This document shows positions 8,472 to 19,078 of a stretch of DNA of 64,000 bases, piece by piece; position 1 is the stretch's first letter, and every line of letters starts with the position of its first letter. Position numbers and translations under genes: made by a program. This DNA is from a virus (lineage: Duplodnaviria; Heunggongvirae; Uroviricota; Caudoviricetes). Location: the IMG/VR virus record IMGVR_UViG_2877982868_000014; one strand, 5' to 3'. Below the pieces are notes generated by a model that was not told the DNA's origin, made no database searches, and worked only from the letters and a program-made list of their open reading frames with translations.

Positions 8472-8905
8472 TCCCCCTTCATATCAGCATAAAAAATCAT
8501 CGGATGTCTGCTTCCGTCCGGCAGGGTGATTTTCACGGAAAGCGAAAGGCGATCATGCCCCACACGCATGGCATGACATACCACGGATGTGGCAACACCG
8601 CTTTTATGCAGCCACGCCAGCGCTTCATCAGCATAGGCCTGTGCACGGCTGACCACGGAGGACAGCGTCTTTTCACGGCTTAACAGCCAGAGACGGGAGC
8701 CAATGGGGCGCTCCCGGAAACTGTCTCCCCACCATCCCCGACGGTCACGGGTGCCGTCAGGGATTTCATCGGAATCCAGCGCCCGCCTGTCCGTAAACAG
8801 TGAAATAATGACCGCAGTCAGCAGGCTGTTATCCGTCAGAAGATCTGCGCCGTTCAGTTGCAGGGAACCACAACCCTGATCCCAGACGACAGCAATATCA
8901 GCCAT
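8468..8905 (-). CDS. Baseplate protein (Mu gp46 / gpW-like)
   Basis: Start chosen at MADIAVVWDQ, which gives an 8-nt overlap with upstream gene; synteny. Confidence 0.7.
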   Translation of the reverse strand: MADIAVVWDQGCGSLQLNGADLLTDNSLLTAVIISLFTDRRALDSDEIPDGTRDRRGWWGDSFRERPIGSRLWLLSREKTLSSVVSRAQAYADEALAWLHKSGVATSVVCHAMRVGHDRLSLSVKITLPDGSRHPMIFYADMKGE

Positions 8906-9512
8906 TCTCTGGTCCTCCCGTTTTGCTGCCTTCACCGTTATCGTGATGCACATGACCTGAATAGGTGATCCCGGCAATAACCGCTTCGGACATCGTGAAC
9001 GCCCCCTGTGATCTTCCGGTGCCGTCAATGGACACATTGCCTTTGACATGCAGGTTCTTATCCACTGTGATATTACCGGTAAAGTGAGCCTCCGGTGTAT
9101 CCACCTGAACACCTTCATCGGCGTAAATCTCCAGCGTCTTACAGGTCACAATGATCCGGCCGTTCTTTGTCAGACGTATACGGTGCCCCTCATGGTGATA
9201 CACGCCGGTATCTCCGGCGGTAAGTCCGGTCGGGCGACTGCGGCGGTCTTCCACCACAAGCACCACGGCCTGATCCCGTTGTCCGCCAGCACAGGCCAGA
9301 AAAACTTCCGCACCAGGCAGGGGGACGCTGATTTGCCCGTACTGCTGGGGGCGTTCAACGTCATCAAAGGTTTCACCATCCATACCGGTGATTTGCACAT
9401 TCTGGATTTTCAGCGTGTCCGTTGTGCCGGTCAGTACACCACGCCCGAACAGCAGACGAACACCCCGCATCACGGGGGCCAGAAGGCGGCTGATGACTTC
9501 GTCATTCATCAT
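8898..9512 (-). CDS. Baseplate spike/assembly protein (Mu gp45 / gpV-like)
   Basis: 204 aa; synteny. Confidence 0.75.
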   Translation of the reverse strand: MMNDEVISRLLAPVMRGVRLLFGRGVLTGTTDTLKIQNVQITGMDGETFDDVERPQQYGQISVPLPGAEVFLACAGGQRDQAVVLVVEDRRSRPTGLTAGDTGVYHHEGHRIRLTKNGRIIVTCKTLEIYADEGVQVDTPEAHFTGNITVDKNLHVKGNVSIDGTGRSQGAFTMSEAVIAGITYSGHVHHDNGEGSKTGGPENG

Positions 9513-10626
9513 TGAATTTAATCCCCTGTTTTTTCATCTGTGCCCGCACGAAGGCGTCCACGTCACCCGCATTTCCGCTTCCGCTGTTTCCCGGCTCTGC
9601 CGGAACAATAAAGCCGTCACGGGGTGCCAGAATCAGACGGGTGGTTTCGCCGTGATTTGCATCCAGCGAAAACTCCACCTGACAGACAAGAAGATCACGC
9701 TCTTCCACTCCGGTGCGGGGAGCCGTGACAGCCGTCAGCAGGTTGATATCCCACAACTGGCCGTTCTCCCGAAACCAGTGCCGCACGGTGGCTGTCAGGC
9801 GCACAGAGCGGGCAACCGCCCGGCGCATTTCCCGGACAGCCCTCTGGCGTGCACCGTCTGCATCAACAGCATGATCCGCCAGCACAATTTTCGGTCTGTA
9901 ACGGTGGATGGCACTGTCTGTCACCGTACCAACTGGTGCGGCCAGCGTTCCGGCTGTCAGTGCATCCCCGGCATGACCACCACCACGCCCGTGCCCCCGT
10001 ACACGGTATTCACTGTGGCGCAGACGGTGATCCACGTTGTGATCCAAATCCAGCAGATTTTCGCCCAGCGTCAGCGTGTCGCCACGCTGACTGCCGGCCT
10101 GAGTGAAAACCAGTTCACCGGCGGCATTACTGGTTACCAGGACGCCTCTGTGTCTCGCGGCCCGTGTCAGCGCATCTGCCACGGTTTCTGAATTTTCCAG
10201 TGTGAAGGTGGAAAAGGGCCGGGCTGCCGTTGCATCATTTACCTGCCAGCGCACCGTGACCCCGAACGGAGCACACAAATCTGAAGCAATGTGCTCCAGC
10301 GTGCGGTTCCTCCACTGGCTGCCCGGATGAATGGCTGAACAGTCCACCAGGTCACCGGTTTTATCCCGTCCGCTGAGCGTGATCTGAAAACGCGTGGCGC
10401 TGATGCGCTGCCGGACCTGATCCAGCCAGCCAGTGATCACAGGCTGACCGTCAATGCGCAATTCCAGAGACTGACCGGCACGGACGGATGACGGAAGGCG
10501 TACACCGGGCATCATTACCCCCAGTTCAAAGGAGCCCGCCAGATGTTCAAGAGAGCGACGAACACTCACCGTCAGCCAGCCGGAAAAAATCTCACCGCCC
10601 AGATACAGTTCAACCCTGCTGCTCAC
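9502..10626 (-). CDS. Baseplate hub protein (Mu gp44 / P-like)
   Basis: 374 aa; synteny. Confidence 0.75.
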   Translation of the reverse strand: MSSRVELYLGGEIFSGWLTVSVRRSLEHLAGSFELGVMMPGVRLPSSVRAGQSLELRIDGQPVITGWLDQVRQRISATRFQITLSGRDKTGDLVDCSAIHPGSQWRNRTLEHIASDLCAPFGVTVRWQVNDATAARPFSTFTLENSETVADALTRAARHRGVLVTSNAAGELVFTQAGSQRGDTLTLGENLLDLDHNVDHRLRHSEYRVRGHGRGGGHAGDALTAGTLAAPVGTVTDSAIHRYRPKIVLADHAVDADGARQRAVREMRRAVARSVRLTATVRHWFRENGQLWDINLLTAVTAPRTGVEERDLLVCQVEFSLDANHGETTRLILAPRDGFIVPAEPGNSGSGNAGDVDAFVRAQMKKQGIKFNDE

Positions 10627-11980
10627 TAATCACCTCCACTGAATGGCCTCCGGGAATGAACAGCGGATCAACAATACCGTTACGGCGCACAAAACGTTGC
10701 CAGCCGGTACTGTTCCCGGTGGCACGGTACAGGGTCACCAGTGCAGGCTCGGTGGTACGTACAGTCACTACTGTTGCACCGGGTAGCTGAACTCCCCGTG
10801 TATTCAGATCCTCTGTCAGTGCCAGTCTGGCATCACGAAGCGTCAGCGCCGTGGCGGTATACCCCTGCCCGGACAGTGTCATCACCTGCCGTTCGAGCGC
10901 TTCGCTTAAGTCACGGTTAATGCGCTGAAGATCAACTGAACTTTCCAGCCAGACAGGCCAGGTACGGTGGGCTGCGTCACTGTCCGGCAGGGTTTCCTGA
11001 CTGAGAACCTGATCCAGCAGTTTTCCCACGGTCTGTGCCTGGGCCACCACGGCAGCACTCTGCATTACCGCCCGTATCAGACGAATATTCTTTTGTGCTG
11101 CCGGTGTCAGACCGATGAGAGTCTGCGGATTATCCTGCTCATCCAGCACGTAACGCAGGGAAGATAATGTCCTGTACAGTTGTGGCATTCCCTGAGAGAC
11201 GGCGGATGTCGTCCGGCCGATACTGCCACCGGGCCGGGTATTCAGGCCTCCTGAAGACAGTGACGGCAGCGATGGCAGGGTGATCAGGGCACTGAAAAGC
11301 CCCGCAAAAGATGAGGCCATGCGGGAAGGTGCTGTCAGTAATGCCGTGGCATTCCCTTTCAGCGCCGTGAACGTGGCAGTAAAGGCACTGATATCCTGTA
11401 CAATCCCCATGCCGGAAACGGCATTTTCCAGGGCGGACACCTTATCACTGATGGTTTCGGTCATTGCCTGGACATCGTGCATTCCGTCAGAGATCACCGT
11501 CCAGCCCGCTTCCAGGGTTTCAAAAACCTGCCCGAGCGCGGTGGTACTCTTCTGCTCCAGAATGGCGGCCGTGTCCTGTGTGACAGCAGGTGCGGTATCA
11601 TCACTTACCGGCGTGACATTAATGGTGAACTCAACCACGCCCTGTTCAGCGGCGTTATAACGACTTTCAAAGCTGTTTATCAGCACATTTAACGTGCCGT
11701 AATCCGGGTGAAGCAGCTCCCCGGCACCGGGAGCACGAAGGGCATCACGCAGACGATTTCGCTGCGTCTGAACATCATCCCCCATCACAAGTACACTGAA
11801 CGTAAATTCAGCCAGTTTAGGTCCCAGATCGTCTGCCCCACCGGTTTCCCGTAACGGATATTCCCGACGGACAATGTTTCGCCCGCCACGTTCGCGCTGC
11901 TCACGCCAGACGAGGAACGGCACACCACGGAACGCACCACGACCGTCACCAGAGGCCATAATTCCCTCCGTTCCAGACAT
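10610..11980 (-). CDS. DNA circularisation protein N-like (Mu gp43)
   Basis: 456 aa downstream of tape measure; synteny. Confidence 0.75.
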   Translation of the reverse strand: MSGTEGIMASGDGRGAFRGVPFLVWREQRERGGRNIVRREYPLRETGGADDLGPKLAEFTFSVLVMGDDVQTQRNRLRDALRAPGAGELLHPDYGTLNVLINSFESRYNAAEQGVVEFTINVTPVSDDTAPAVTQDTAAILEQKSTTALGQVFETLEAGWTVISDGMHDVQAMTETISDKVSALENAVSGMGIVQDISAFTATFTALKGNATALLTAPSRMASSFAGLFSALITLPSLPSLSSGGLNTRPGGSIGRTTSAVSQGMPQLYRTLSSLRYVLDEQDNPQTLIGLTPAAQKNIRLIRAVMQSAAVVAQAQTVGKLLDQVLSQETLPDSDAAHRTWPVWLESSVDLQRINRDLSEALERQVMTLSGQGYTATALTLRDARLALTEDLNTRGVQLPGATVVTVRTTEPALVTLYRATGNSTGWQRFVRRNGIVDPLFIPGGHSVEVISEQQG

Positions 11981-14021
11981 TCACATCCAGTCCGTGACCG
12001 GACGTGTCATCAATATCAATACTGCGAGCCTGCCACCCTTCCGGGGCAACCAGCTCCACACGGGCAGAGGCTTTTTGTACCGCCTGTCCACTGCTTTCAT
12101 CATCACTGCCCCGTAATTTCTGCCAGGCTTCAGTCAGCCATCCCCCCAGATAGTTACCGAGATAGCTGCCCACCGTAGAACCAATGGCAATCCCCACAGG
12201 TCCGGCTGCCGCCCCCAGCGCACCACCGGCAATACTGCCTGCAAGAGAGCCGACCGCTTCTCCCTTGTCTGTGGCACTGGCGCTGCCATCCAGCAGAACC
12301 GGGGCTGCCATCGCGCCAGCCCACAGGGCACCGCCACCCAGCCGGCCGGCCAGTCCACCGGCACTGCGGAAAAAGCCGGAGAAACGCCCCAGCCCCATGC
12401 GGCTACCGACAGACGAAAGTAACCCACCGGCGCGCCCCATCATGCGCCCCCAGAACCCTGCCCCACCAGAAGAGGGAGACGGTGGCACTGGGGACGGTGG
12501 CAGGGGAGGCGTGACCGGTCTTCCGCGCCCCGGTCCGCGTTTCCTGCGGCCCCGCCCCTGACGTCCGCCTGAGGAAGTATCGGTCGCGCCGGTGCCGGAC
12601 AGTCCTCCTGTGGGCCAGTTTGTTACAAGTACTGGCTGAACGGCTGCCGGATTTACCCCGGTAAGAAAGTTTATAAAACGTTGCCCTCGTCCCTGAGATG
12701 TGCCTGGTGGTGTTCCGGCCGGAGGAGAGCGCCGGAAAGGTGAAGTCAGGAAGGCCGCCGCTGATAATCCGTATCCCAGCAATGCAGCACCCGGACGTAT
12801 AATCCCCATTCCGACAGCCCGCGCCATTTTCAGGGCACGGGTGGCGAGATACATGTACAGCAGGTATTTCGCGGCGGTCTGTGCCCCCTGACCAATGCGA
12901 TCCAGCGCATCACCATAGCCCGCATCCCGCAGAGCCTGAAGCGTGTCGCGTACCTTTCTGATCGCCTGATAAAACCCTGTCACTGCATCACGGGCATACT
13001 CAAAGCCCTGGTTCATGGCTGATGCCGTGCTTTCCGCCAGGGAATGGTAACTGCCATCAGATTTGGCACTGTCAACCCATGAAAGAAATCCCCTGAGATT
13101 ACCCTTCAGTTTTTCAAATGGCCCACTGTCCATCACATCCCGGGCAAACTGATCCCAGACGTCACCCATCATGGCCGTCAGGCCACTCCAGGAATTCATT
13201 GCGTCCTTTTGTGCTCCCCTGGCCTGTTCCGCCAGCGTCTGAAATAACAGGCGAATACTGTCCGGCCCAAGCAGCCCTTTTTCACCAAGTTTTCTGACCA
13301 CTTTCTGGTCCACACCCAGACGATCAGCCAGCACGCGGTAGGCATTAATGCCGTAGGTGGCAAGAATATTTGCATCCGCCGCCTGAATACTGCCTCTTGC
13401 ATACATCTGTTTCAGTTGCAGGGATGCCCCCTGTGCATCGGACAGTGACCAGCCGCCCACGGCACCCTGATCCTGAAGCATGGTGACAAAATTTCGGGCC
13501 TCCCTGTCACTCATACCAAAGCCCAGACTGGACGTATATTCCTGCATGACGCCAGCCAGCCCCCAGGTGGTTTCCTTCGCATTCTGTATTGCCCACCTGC
13601 GGACATCATCAGTTTTCGCCCGATCCCCTTTGTAAAGGGAGTTCAGGCGAATCATATAGGTTTCCATCTCCGCTGCCGGGCGAATAAATCCCCGGTTAAA
13701 GCCATATACAGCAGCACCACCGGCCAGCATTCCGTAAAGATTGCTGATCCGCCCGATGGTGCCGGTAATACTGCCCTGAAGACGGTCAAAATCAGAAGTG
13801 ACATGGCGGATACTGCCCCGCACCCCGGCCAGCGTGCGCTGCATCCTGCTTCCGAGTACATCTGTTTCCTGCCCGGCACGGCGGGCCGCATTTCCCAGAC
13901 CACCCAGCCCCGCCTGGCCGGAGCGTGAGAATGCCCCCAGCTCCTGAGACCACTGGCGGGATTTGGCTGAGATATTGCCGAGCAAATCAACTATCAGAGA
14001 TGCTCTGAGATTTCGGGCCAT
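11946..14021 (-). CDS. Tail tape measure protein (Mu gp42-like)
   Basis: 691 aa, Gly/Ala-rich segments, between chaperone and N-like gene. Confidence 0.8.
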   Translation of the reverse strand: MARNLRASLIVDLLGNISAKSRQWSQELGAFSRSGQAGLGGLGNAARRAGQETDVLGSRMQRTLAGVRGSIRHVTSDFDRLQGSITGTIGRISNLYGMLAGGAAVYGFNRGFIRPAAEMETYMIRLNSLYKGDRAKTDDVRRWAIQNAKETTWGLAGVMQEYTSSLGFGMSDREARNFVTMLQDQGAVGGWSLSDAQGASLQLKQMYARGSIQAADANILATYGINAYRVLADRLGVDQKVVRKLGEKGLLGPDSIRLLFQTLAEQARGAQKDAMNSWSGLTAMMGDVWDQFARDVMDSGPFEKLKGNLRGFLSWVDSAKSDGSYHSLAESTASAMNQGFEYARDAVTGFYQAIRKVRDTLQALRDAGYGDALDRIGQGAQTAAKYLLYMYLATRALKMARAVGMGIIRPGAALLGYGLSAAAFLTSPFRRSPPAGTPPGTSQGRGQRFINFLTGVNPAAVQPVLVTNWPTGGLSGTGATDTSSGGRQGRGRRKRGPGRGRPVTPPLPPSPVPPSPSSGGAGFWGRMMGRAGGLLSSVGSRMGLGRFSGFFRSAGGLAGRLGGGALWAGAMAAPVLLDGSASATDKGEAVGSLAGSIAGGALGAAAGPVGIAIGSTVGSYLGNYLGGWLTEAWQKLRGSDDESSGQAVQKASARVELVAPEGWQARSIDIDDTSGHGLDVNVWNGGNYGLW

Positions 14022-14023
14022 AC

Positions 14024-14206
14024 TTACTGCTTCGTTCTGATGATTTTTTCTGTCTGTCGGCAGTGCCGGTAAAGTTGCGACAGGGGGAGGTTAAGCGCCC
14101 ATTCCGGGCCACTTTTTGTCACCATCCCCAGGATAATTGCCGCTTCTTCAATCTGATCCCGACACTGCGCCTGATCGCCCCCGGTCAGCTGCCAGCTTTC
14201 CGGCAA
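14024..14206 (-). CDS. Possible frameshift extension of tail assembly chaperone
   Basis: Short ORF overlapping 3' end of the 14148..14624 gene in another frame, between tube and tape measure. Confidence 0.3.
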   Translation of the reverse strand: MPESWQLTGGDQAQCRDQIEEAAIILGMVTKSGPEWALNLPLSQLYRHCRQTEKIIRTKQ

Positions 14207-14624
14207 GCGCGGTATCCAGCAGGCTGACCGCTGCCATCAGGCGGGAGAGATCGCGCTCGCTTAACTGTCCAATCTGACGGGGTGACAACGGACCTTCAAT
14301 GTCTCCCACTGCGGCAATCTGACGGCGCAGCAGTGCAACACCGCGTAACGACGGAGACGCTATCAGCATCGGGCCATTGTTTGTCTCCACCACGCGCTCG
14401 GCTTCTGCTTCTGCGTCAATACTGTCTTTCGCTGTCAGTTCCCGGAACGTGACACGATATTCACGGGTCTCACCAAACGGCAGACCATCAAGCAGATCCA
14501 CATATCCCTTTGCCAGTTGCTCTGTCAGCCCGGCAGTGCGTGGATCAGCCCCCTCAAGTGCTTCCCGGATTGCCTCCATCACGGCTGCCTCGGAAACTGC
14601 CGTTTTTTTCTTACGTGTGGTCAT
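14148..14624 (-). CDS. Tail assembly chaperone (Mu gp41-like)
   Basis: Position between tube and tape measure; start taken at MTTRKKK. Confidence 0.55.
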   Translation of the reverse strand: MTTRKKKTAVSEAAVMEAIREALEGADPRTAGLTEQLAKGYVDLLDGLPFGETREYRVTFRELTAKDSIDAEAEAERVVETNNGPMLIASPSLRGVALLRRQIAAVGDIEGPLSPRQIGQLSERDLSRLMAAVSLLDTALAGKLAADRGRSGAVSGSD

Positions 14625-14638
14625 TTTATTTTTCCTGA

Positions 14639-15004
14639 TCACTGAACACGGGTACTGGTGGCGCTGGCGAACTTCACGGAGATCTCCCCGCCACCGTCAA
14701 GCGAGGCCGGTTCACTGCTCCAGGCCTTCGTCATCATGTGGACTTCGCCGGTATCCGCCACAAACTCGATAGTGACAGCAGTCCAGTTGTTGATTTCATC
14801 GGCGGCTGGTGAACCTTCTCCGCCTGCCGGAAATTTGCAGTCCAGCGTCGCTTCACGTGGTTTCTGGCGGTAACCATAGACTTTCGCGCCTTTCACCACT
14901 TCACGTTCAAAACCTGACGGAGAAAATGTAGCCCCCTCAAGCGTCTCGTATTCCTGACCGTTCACACGGATAGTGGCCGTGCCCTGATACTGTTTTCCGC
15001 TCAT
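14639..15004 (-). CDS. Tail tube protein (Mu M/gp40-like)
   Basis: 121 aa directly downstream of sheath gene. Confidence 0.8.
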   Translation of the reverse strand: MSGKQYQGTATIRVNGQEYETLEGATFSPSGFEREVVKGAKVYGYRQKPREATLDCKFPAGGEGSPAADEINNWTAVTIEFVADTGEVHMMTKAWSSEPASLDGGGEISVKFASATSTRVQ

Positions 15005-15012
15005 GCCTTACC

Positions 15013-16512
15013 TCACAAAATGAAACGGATCTGTGCTGCCAGGAAGCGGAACTGGTTAACCAGATCCGGCGTGCATAACACGTCAAGACGGTTTCGATCT
15101 GACGCATTACGCTCCACAAGCAGATTCTTTTTAAAGGTGTCCAGATTTTCGACCAGCCCGAGTTCCACCCACTCTTCACCCAGCGAAATTAACTGAAGCT
15201 TCATGATCTCCGGCGTCACGATATTCTGACCGGCACGAACGGGCGTCCCGTCATCAGCCAGTTTATGGCGCGGAAAACGTTGTGTGATAAAAGTACGCAG
15301 GGAATAACGCAGCCAGGAGAGGGTGTAGATGGTTTCCACATCCAGATAGCTGGGATCACTTTCGCCGTACACGTTCTGGCGATACATGGTCACCTGACGT
15401 TCGATCTGAACCACATCACCGGCAGCCACACTGACCGTGGCAATCCCTCCCCACAGCAGACTGTTACGCTCTTCACGCGTCAGACGATCGGCCGGGGCCG
15501 GGGCCATGCGTGACGGAAGCGCCAGCGTCTGAAGCGGACGCGCAGGATCTGCCCCCAGAGACGGCGCACAGGTGGCGCAGACCGCCGCTGCCCAGAGGTA
15601 ATCCGGTTCAGGGGCTTTGGGAATGAATGTGCAGGTCGCCAGAAAATCATTGCGTTTTGCCCCGAATGCCTGCACCTCACCAAACGTGCCGGTATGCGCC
15701 ATCCACAGCACACCGTCAGACATTTTGGCCGGTCCCCAGCGTTTCAGAAGCTCATCACTGATGATTTTCAGGTTTGCATCATCCTTATAGGGCATGACGA
15801 CATAGTTGTACTGGCGATCGCCCATACCCGCCACGCTTCGGGTGATATCCGGGTTAGTGGCTTTTGTTTTGGGATACCCAAGTTCAATGGTCAGTCCACC
15901 CGGTGTGGTTTCTCCGTCATGATAATTAACACGGATATCATGTACGGAACATTCACCGGTAAAACGGGCATTAATTCCCATACTTCCCTTGAGTCCGCTG
16001 GCGTTATCTGCTACCTGACCTGCATAAGCACTGAAGGGCGCATCAGCATCGGCATTAATAACAGAGACCAGAGCGTCAATAAGCTCCTTACCCTTCTGCC
16101 CTTTCGTGACAGCCAGCAGATAACGCCGACCGCCGATATAAATGTGCAGAACACCATCCTGAGAGGCGGTGCCAATTATATTCATGAGACATGCCTGAGC
16201 CTGACCGGTGCCGCTCCCCTGAGCAATGGCATACAGTTCAGCATCAGGATTGATGGCGATAAATTCCGCCACCATCAGGGCAATCATGGAGCCGCGCCCC
16301 CAGAATTCTGTTGCCTGAGACGCACGGGTGATCCTGACCGGAACATCCAGAACACCGGCACCGTCCACGGCATTCTCTTTCATTCTCGCCTGACCAAACA
16401 GCAGCACACACTGACGCTGTGCCGGAGTGCCGGTGACAGCCATGGAGTTATTAAACTCAACCTCAATCAGCGGTATACGGCGGTCATTACCGATCCCGTC
16501 AAAATTAATCAT
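15013..16512 (-). CDS. Contractile tail sheath protein (Mu L/gp39-like)
   Basis: 499 aa; synteny. Confidence 0.9.
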   Translation of the reverse strand: MINFDGIGNDRRIPLIEVEFNNSMAVTGTPAQRQCVLLFGQARMKENAVDGAGVLDVPVRITRASQATEFWGRGSMIALMVAEFIAINPDAELYAIAQGSGTGQAQACLMNIIGTASQDGVLHIYIGGRRYLLAVTKGQKGKELIDALVSVINADADAPFSAYAGQVADNASGLKGSMGINARFTGECSVHDIRVNYHDGETTPGGLTIELGYPKTKATNPDITRSVAGMGDRQYNYVVMPYKDDANLKIISDELLKRWGPAKMSDGVLWMAHTGTFGEVQAFGAKRNDFLATCTFIPKAPEPDYLWAAAVCATCAPSLGADPARPLQTLALPSRMAPAPADRLTREERNSLLWGGIATVSVAAGDVVQIERQVTMYRQNVYGESDPSYLDVETIYTLSWLRYSLRTFITQRFPRHKLADDGTPVRAGQNIVTPEIMKLQLISLGEEWVELGLVENLDTFKKNLLVERNASDRNRLDVLCTPDLVNQFRFLAAQIRFIL

Positions 16513-16754
16513 TGCGGTTTCTCCTTATCGGATGCCGGTTGGGCGACCGGTTTTTCTGTCGCAGTCGTTGCATCCGCAGATACAGCCGGAGCCTCTTCAG
16601 CGGATTTTTCAGCCTGAATGACATCGCCGTCATCAAGACGCCGACACCAGAACGGCGTAAAGGGCTTTTCCTCCCCCTCCTGTGCCAGCAGGCGCATTGT
16701 GTCGGGATCACGAATCAGGCGTCCCGGCGCGGGTTTGATAAAGATGGTTTTCAT
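16509..16754 (-). CDS. Mu gp38-like protein
   Basis: 81 aa; synteny. Confidence 0.55.
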   Translation of the reverse strand: MKTIFIKPAPGRLIRDPDTMRLLAQEGEEKPFTPFWCRRLDDGDVIQAEKSAEEAPAVSADATTATEKPVAQPASDKEKPQ

Positions 16755-17315
16755 TTACAGTTCCTCCGGCGGTTCGACCGCCGTTGTCGTGTTCCCCGGC
16801 AAATCAATATGTGCCTCAAACGGCGGCGTACCGGGCGGCTCCACAAAGGTTTCGTAATGACGCAGGAAGTCGTCCAGCGAGCTGATATCGGTCAGCGGTG
16901 CGATCATTTCCTCGCAGGAGAAATAAAGCGCATACATCACCGCACCACTGTCCGCCTGGGTTTCGGTGTAACCGTTGACCGCCTTTTCAAAGTAAAGCGG
17001 TGAGGTTTTTTCTGTTCTGAAGCCGTTAAGCACGGCAATCAGCCGGGCCACAATCTGATACAGTCCGGGACGGCTGGCCTCACGCCCGTTGAGCATGTCG
17101 CCGATGACGTAGAACACCCAGTGACTGACCAGGCGACCACGGGTACGGCCTTCACCGGCACCCAGCCAGGCAACGTAGATCGCCGGGGCGTTAATCAGCA
17201 TGCTGCGCAGTACGCCGTCGCTCCAGTCGCCGGGATGCGTGTCAACAGACACAAGTTCATTCCCGAAATACTCACGGATACGGGCGATGTATGCCTGTTC
17301 GGTTTCCGTAATCAT
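16755..17315 (-). CDS. Mu gp37 (K)-like tail completion protein
   Basis: 186 aa; synteny. Confidence 0.65.
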   Translation of the reverse strand: MITETEQAYIARIREYFGNELVSVDTHPGDWSDGVLRSMLINAPAIYVAWLGAGEGRTRGRLVSHWVFYVIGDMLNGREASRPGLYQIVARLIAVLNGFRTEKTSPLYFEKAVNGYTETQADSGAVMYALYFSCEEMIAPLTDISSLDDFLRHYETFVEPPGTPPFEAHIDLPGNTTTAVEPPEEL

Positions 17316-17731
17316 ATGAAGCCCTTCTGGTTGCGCCCGAATACCGCTGCATCAGACTGAACCTGTGGTAAATCCCCGGATTCAGGGGCCGCACCGTTCG
17401 TATCCACACCGACCGGCACATTGCCGTTCATGACATCTTTCAGCCAGGCCAGCGCTTCACGGTAACGGTCACGCGCCTGATCGGAGGCTCGCTGATCGCA
17501 CAGGTAATAAAAGGCAATCGCGCAACAGTGCTGAACAAGAACGGCCGGAATAACCTCCAGCGGCAACGTGTAACGGGCGGACAGATAGCTGTCGATAAGG
17601 GCTGACGCATCTGTCAGCGCCCGGTTCAGCTTGCGCGTGTCCGGCTCATCCGAACGGGGCACAGCCAGTAACGGCCTGAGCAAATCCTCGCGGTAACGCG
17701 CCCGCATATCGGTTTCAGTGGCGTAATTCAT
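17312..17731 (-). CDS. Mu gp36 (J)-like head-tail joining protein
   Basis: 139 aa; synteny. Confidence 0.65.
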   Translation of the reverse strand: MNYATETDMRARYREDLLRPLLAVPRSDEPDTRKLNRALTDASALIDSYLSARYTLPLEVIPAVLVQHCCAIAFYYLCDQRASDQARDRYREALAWLKDVMNGNVPVGVDTNGAAPESGDLPQVQSDAAVFGRNQKGFI

Positions 17732-18087
17732 GCGCGGGCCTTTTTCGCCTGTTTCGCTTTGTTACCGGTCTTTTTCCGGGGAGCATCCTGTCCGGCTTCA
17801 GCTTCGGCTAAATCTGTACCGGCCACTGCATGAACCACACCCGCCACGCTCCCCGCATCATCAGCAGACGTCTGTAGTATTCGCACAGTGAGGCATGGCT
17901 CCGCCTCCAGTCGGGCAAGCTGCTCCGGGGTGACCTCAACCTGCTGACGTCCACGCGTGAACAGGAACCCCGCACGACGAAACGCCGAACGACTGCAACG
18001 CACTTCTGCCAGCACCGTGACAGAATTGTCACCACTGACCTGAAGACCTGAATCATCTGTTGCTGCCACAGTGTGATGTTCATTCAT
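17728..18087 (-). CDS. Mu gp35-like protein
   Basis: 119 aa; synteny. Confidence 0.55.
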   Translation of the reverse strand: MNEHHTVAATDDSGLQVSGDNSVTVLAEVRCSRSAFRRAGFLFTRGRQQVEVTPEQLARLEAEPCLTVRILQTSADDAGSVAGVVHAVAGTDLAEAEAGQDAPRKKTGNKAKQAKKARA

Positions 18088-18130
18088 ATTTGCCCTCCGC
18101 AGGGGCCGGGCCGTAAACCCGGCTCACCGT

Positions 18131-19078
18131 TTACAGATAATCCGCGACAACCAGCTCCAGCTTGCCCTTCATCTCGTTAGAGACGGTTGCGTTTCCGTCT
18201 GCGAACAGTTCACGCTCCAGCAGCTGCACCGCCTGTTTTTCCAGCGAGGTGGGGACAACAATATGGGTGGGTTTGATGCCGAGTTTGCGGCCACCGTCAG
18301 CGGTAAACTCACGCATGGCTGACCAGCCATGCCACAGCGCATCCAGCGTCAGCGGTGACTGCATCATGTAGGCCATCTGCCAGAAGCCGTAGCCCACATT
18401 GCGACGGGCGGAAGCACCGAACACAAATTCGTTATCGGTGAATGCGCGACCTTCATCGACTTTGGTCTGGGCAACCAGTTCAGCCTTACGGCGATCCTGA
18501 TAAATCAGCGGTTTGATTGCGCGTGAACAGTCGAGCAGATACCAGGCAGGACCGCTGTAATCCGCCTGTGCACCGACAGAGCCGGTTTTTGCCACAAACA
18601 TATTGCTGACCATCTGCGCATCACCGGAGCCATCCACTTTGGGGTAAACCGGGTGTTCGGTATCAAAGAAGTTCTGGCCGTCATAGCAGGCCGCACTGAT
18701 CCCGTCACCCAGTGCAGCAAAGACCAGTTCATCCGGTTGTGCCGCCGCAGCGCGCCCCATCTCCTGGAACAACGGGGAGTAGATGCCAAGATTGTCGTCT
18801 TCGAAGTCATCGCGGCTAATGGCGACGGTGCCTTCGAAGGTTTTGTTCACGATGGCGTAGCCATAGGCTTTCATCTTCTCGATGACGCGGGAGCCGATCC
18901 ACTCACGGAACTGCGGGAACTGCCCCAGCCAGCCGTAGGTGTTGGATTTCGACGTGGACGGCACGGTCATCGCAATTTTCTGGTACTGCGACGGAGCCAT
19001 GGACATCCCGGCCTGAAAATCAGAACGGTAGCCCGTCATCAGGGCGGTGATCATCGCCGGTGTAATCGGGGTAGGCAT
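18131..19078 (-). CDS. Major head subunit (Mu T/gp34-like)
   Basis: 315 aa, downstream of protease/scaffold gene. Confidence 0.85.
   Translation of the reverse strand: MPTPITPAMITALMTGYRSDFQAGMSMAPSQYQKIAMTVPSTSKSNTYGWLGQFPQFREWIGSRVIEKMKAYGYAIVNKTFEGTVAISRDDFEDDNLGIYSPLFQEMGRAAAAQPDELVFAALGDGISAACYDGQNFFDTEHPVYPKVDGSGDAQMVSNMFVAKTGSVGAQADYSGPAWYLLDCSRAIKPLIYQDRRKAELVAQTKVDEGRAFTDNEFVFGASARRNVGYGFWQMAYMMQSPLTLDALWHGWSAMREFTADGGRKLGIKPTHIVVPTSLEKQAVQLLERELFADGNATVSNEMKGKLELVVADYL

Noticed and set aside
9388-10191. 267-aa plus-strand ORF
   Set aside because: Antisense shadow of the baseplate hub gene.
15694-16617. 307-aa plus-strand ORF
   Set aside because: Antisense to the tail sheath gene; no independent signal.
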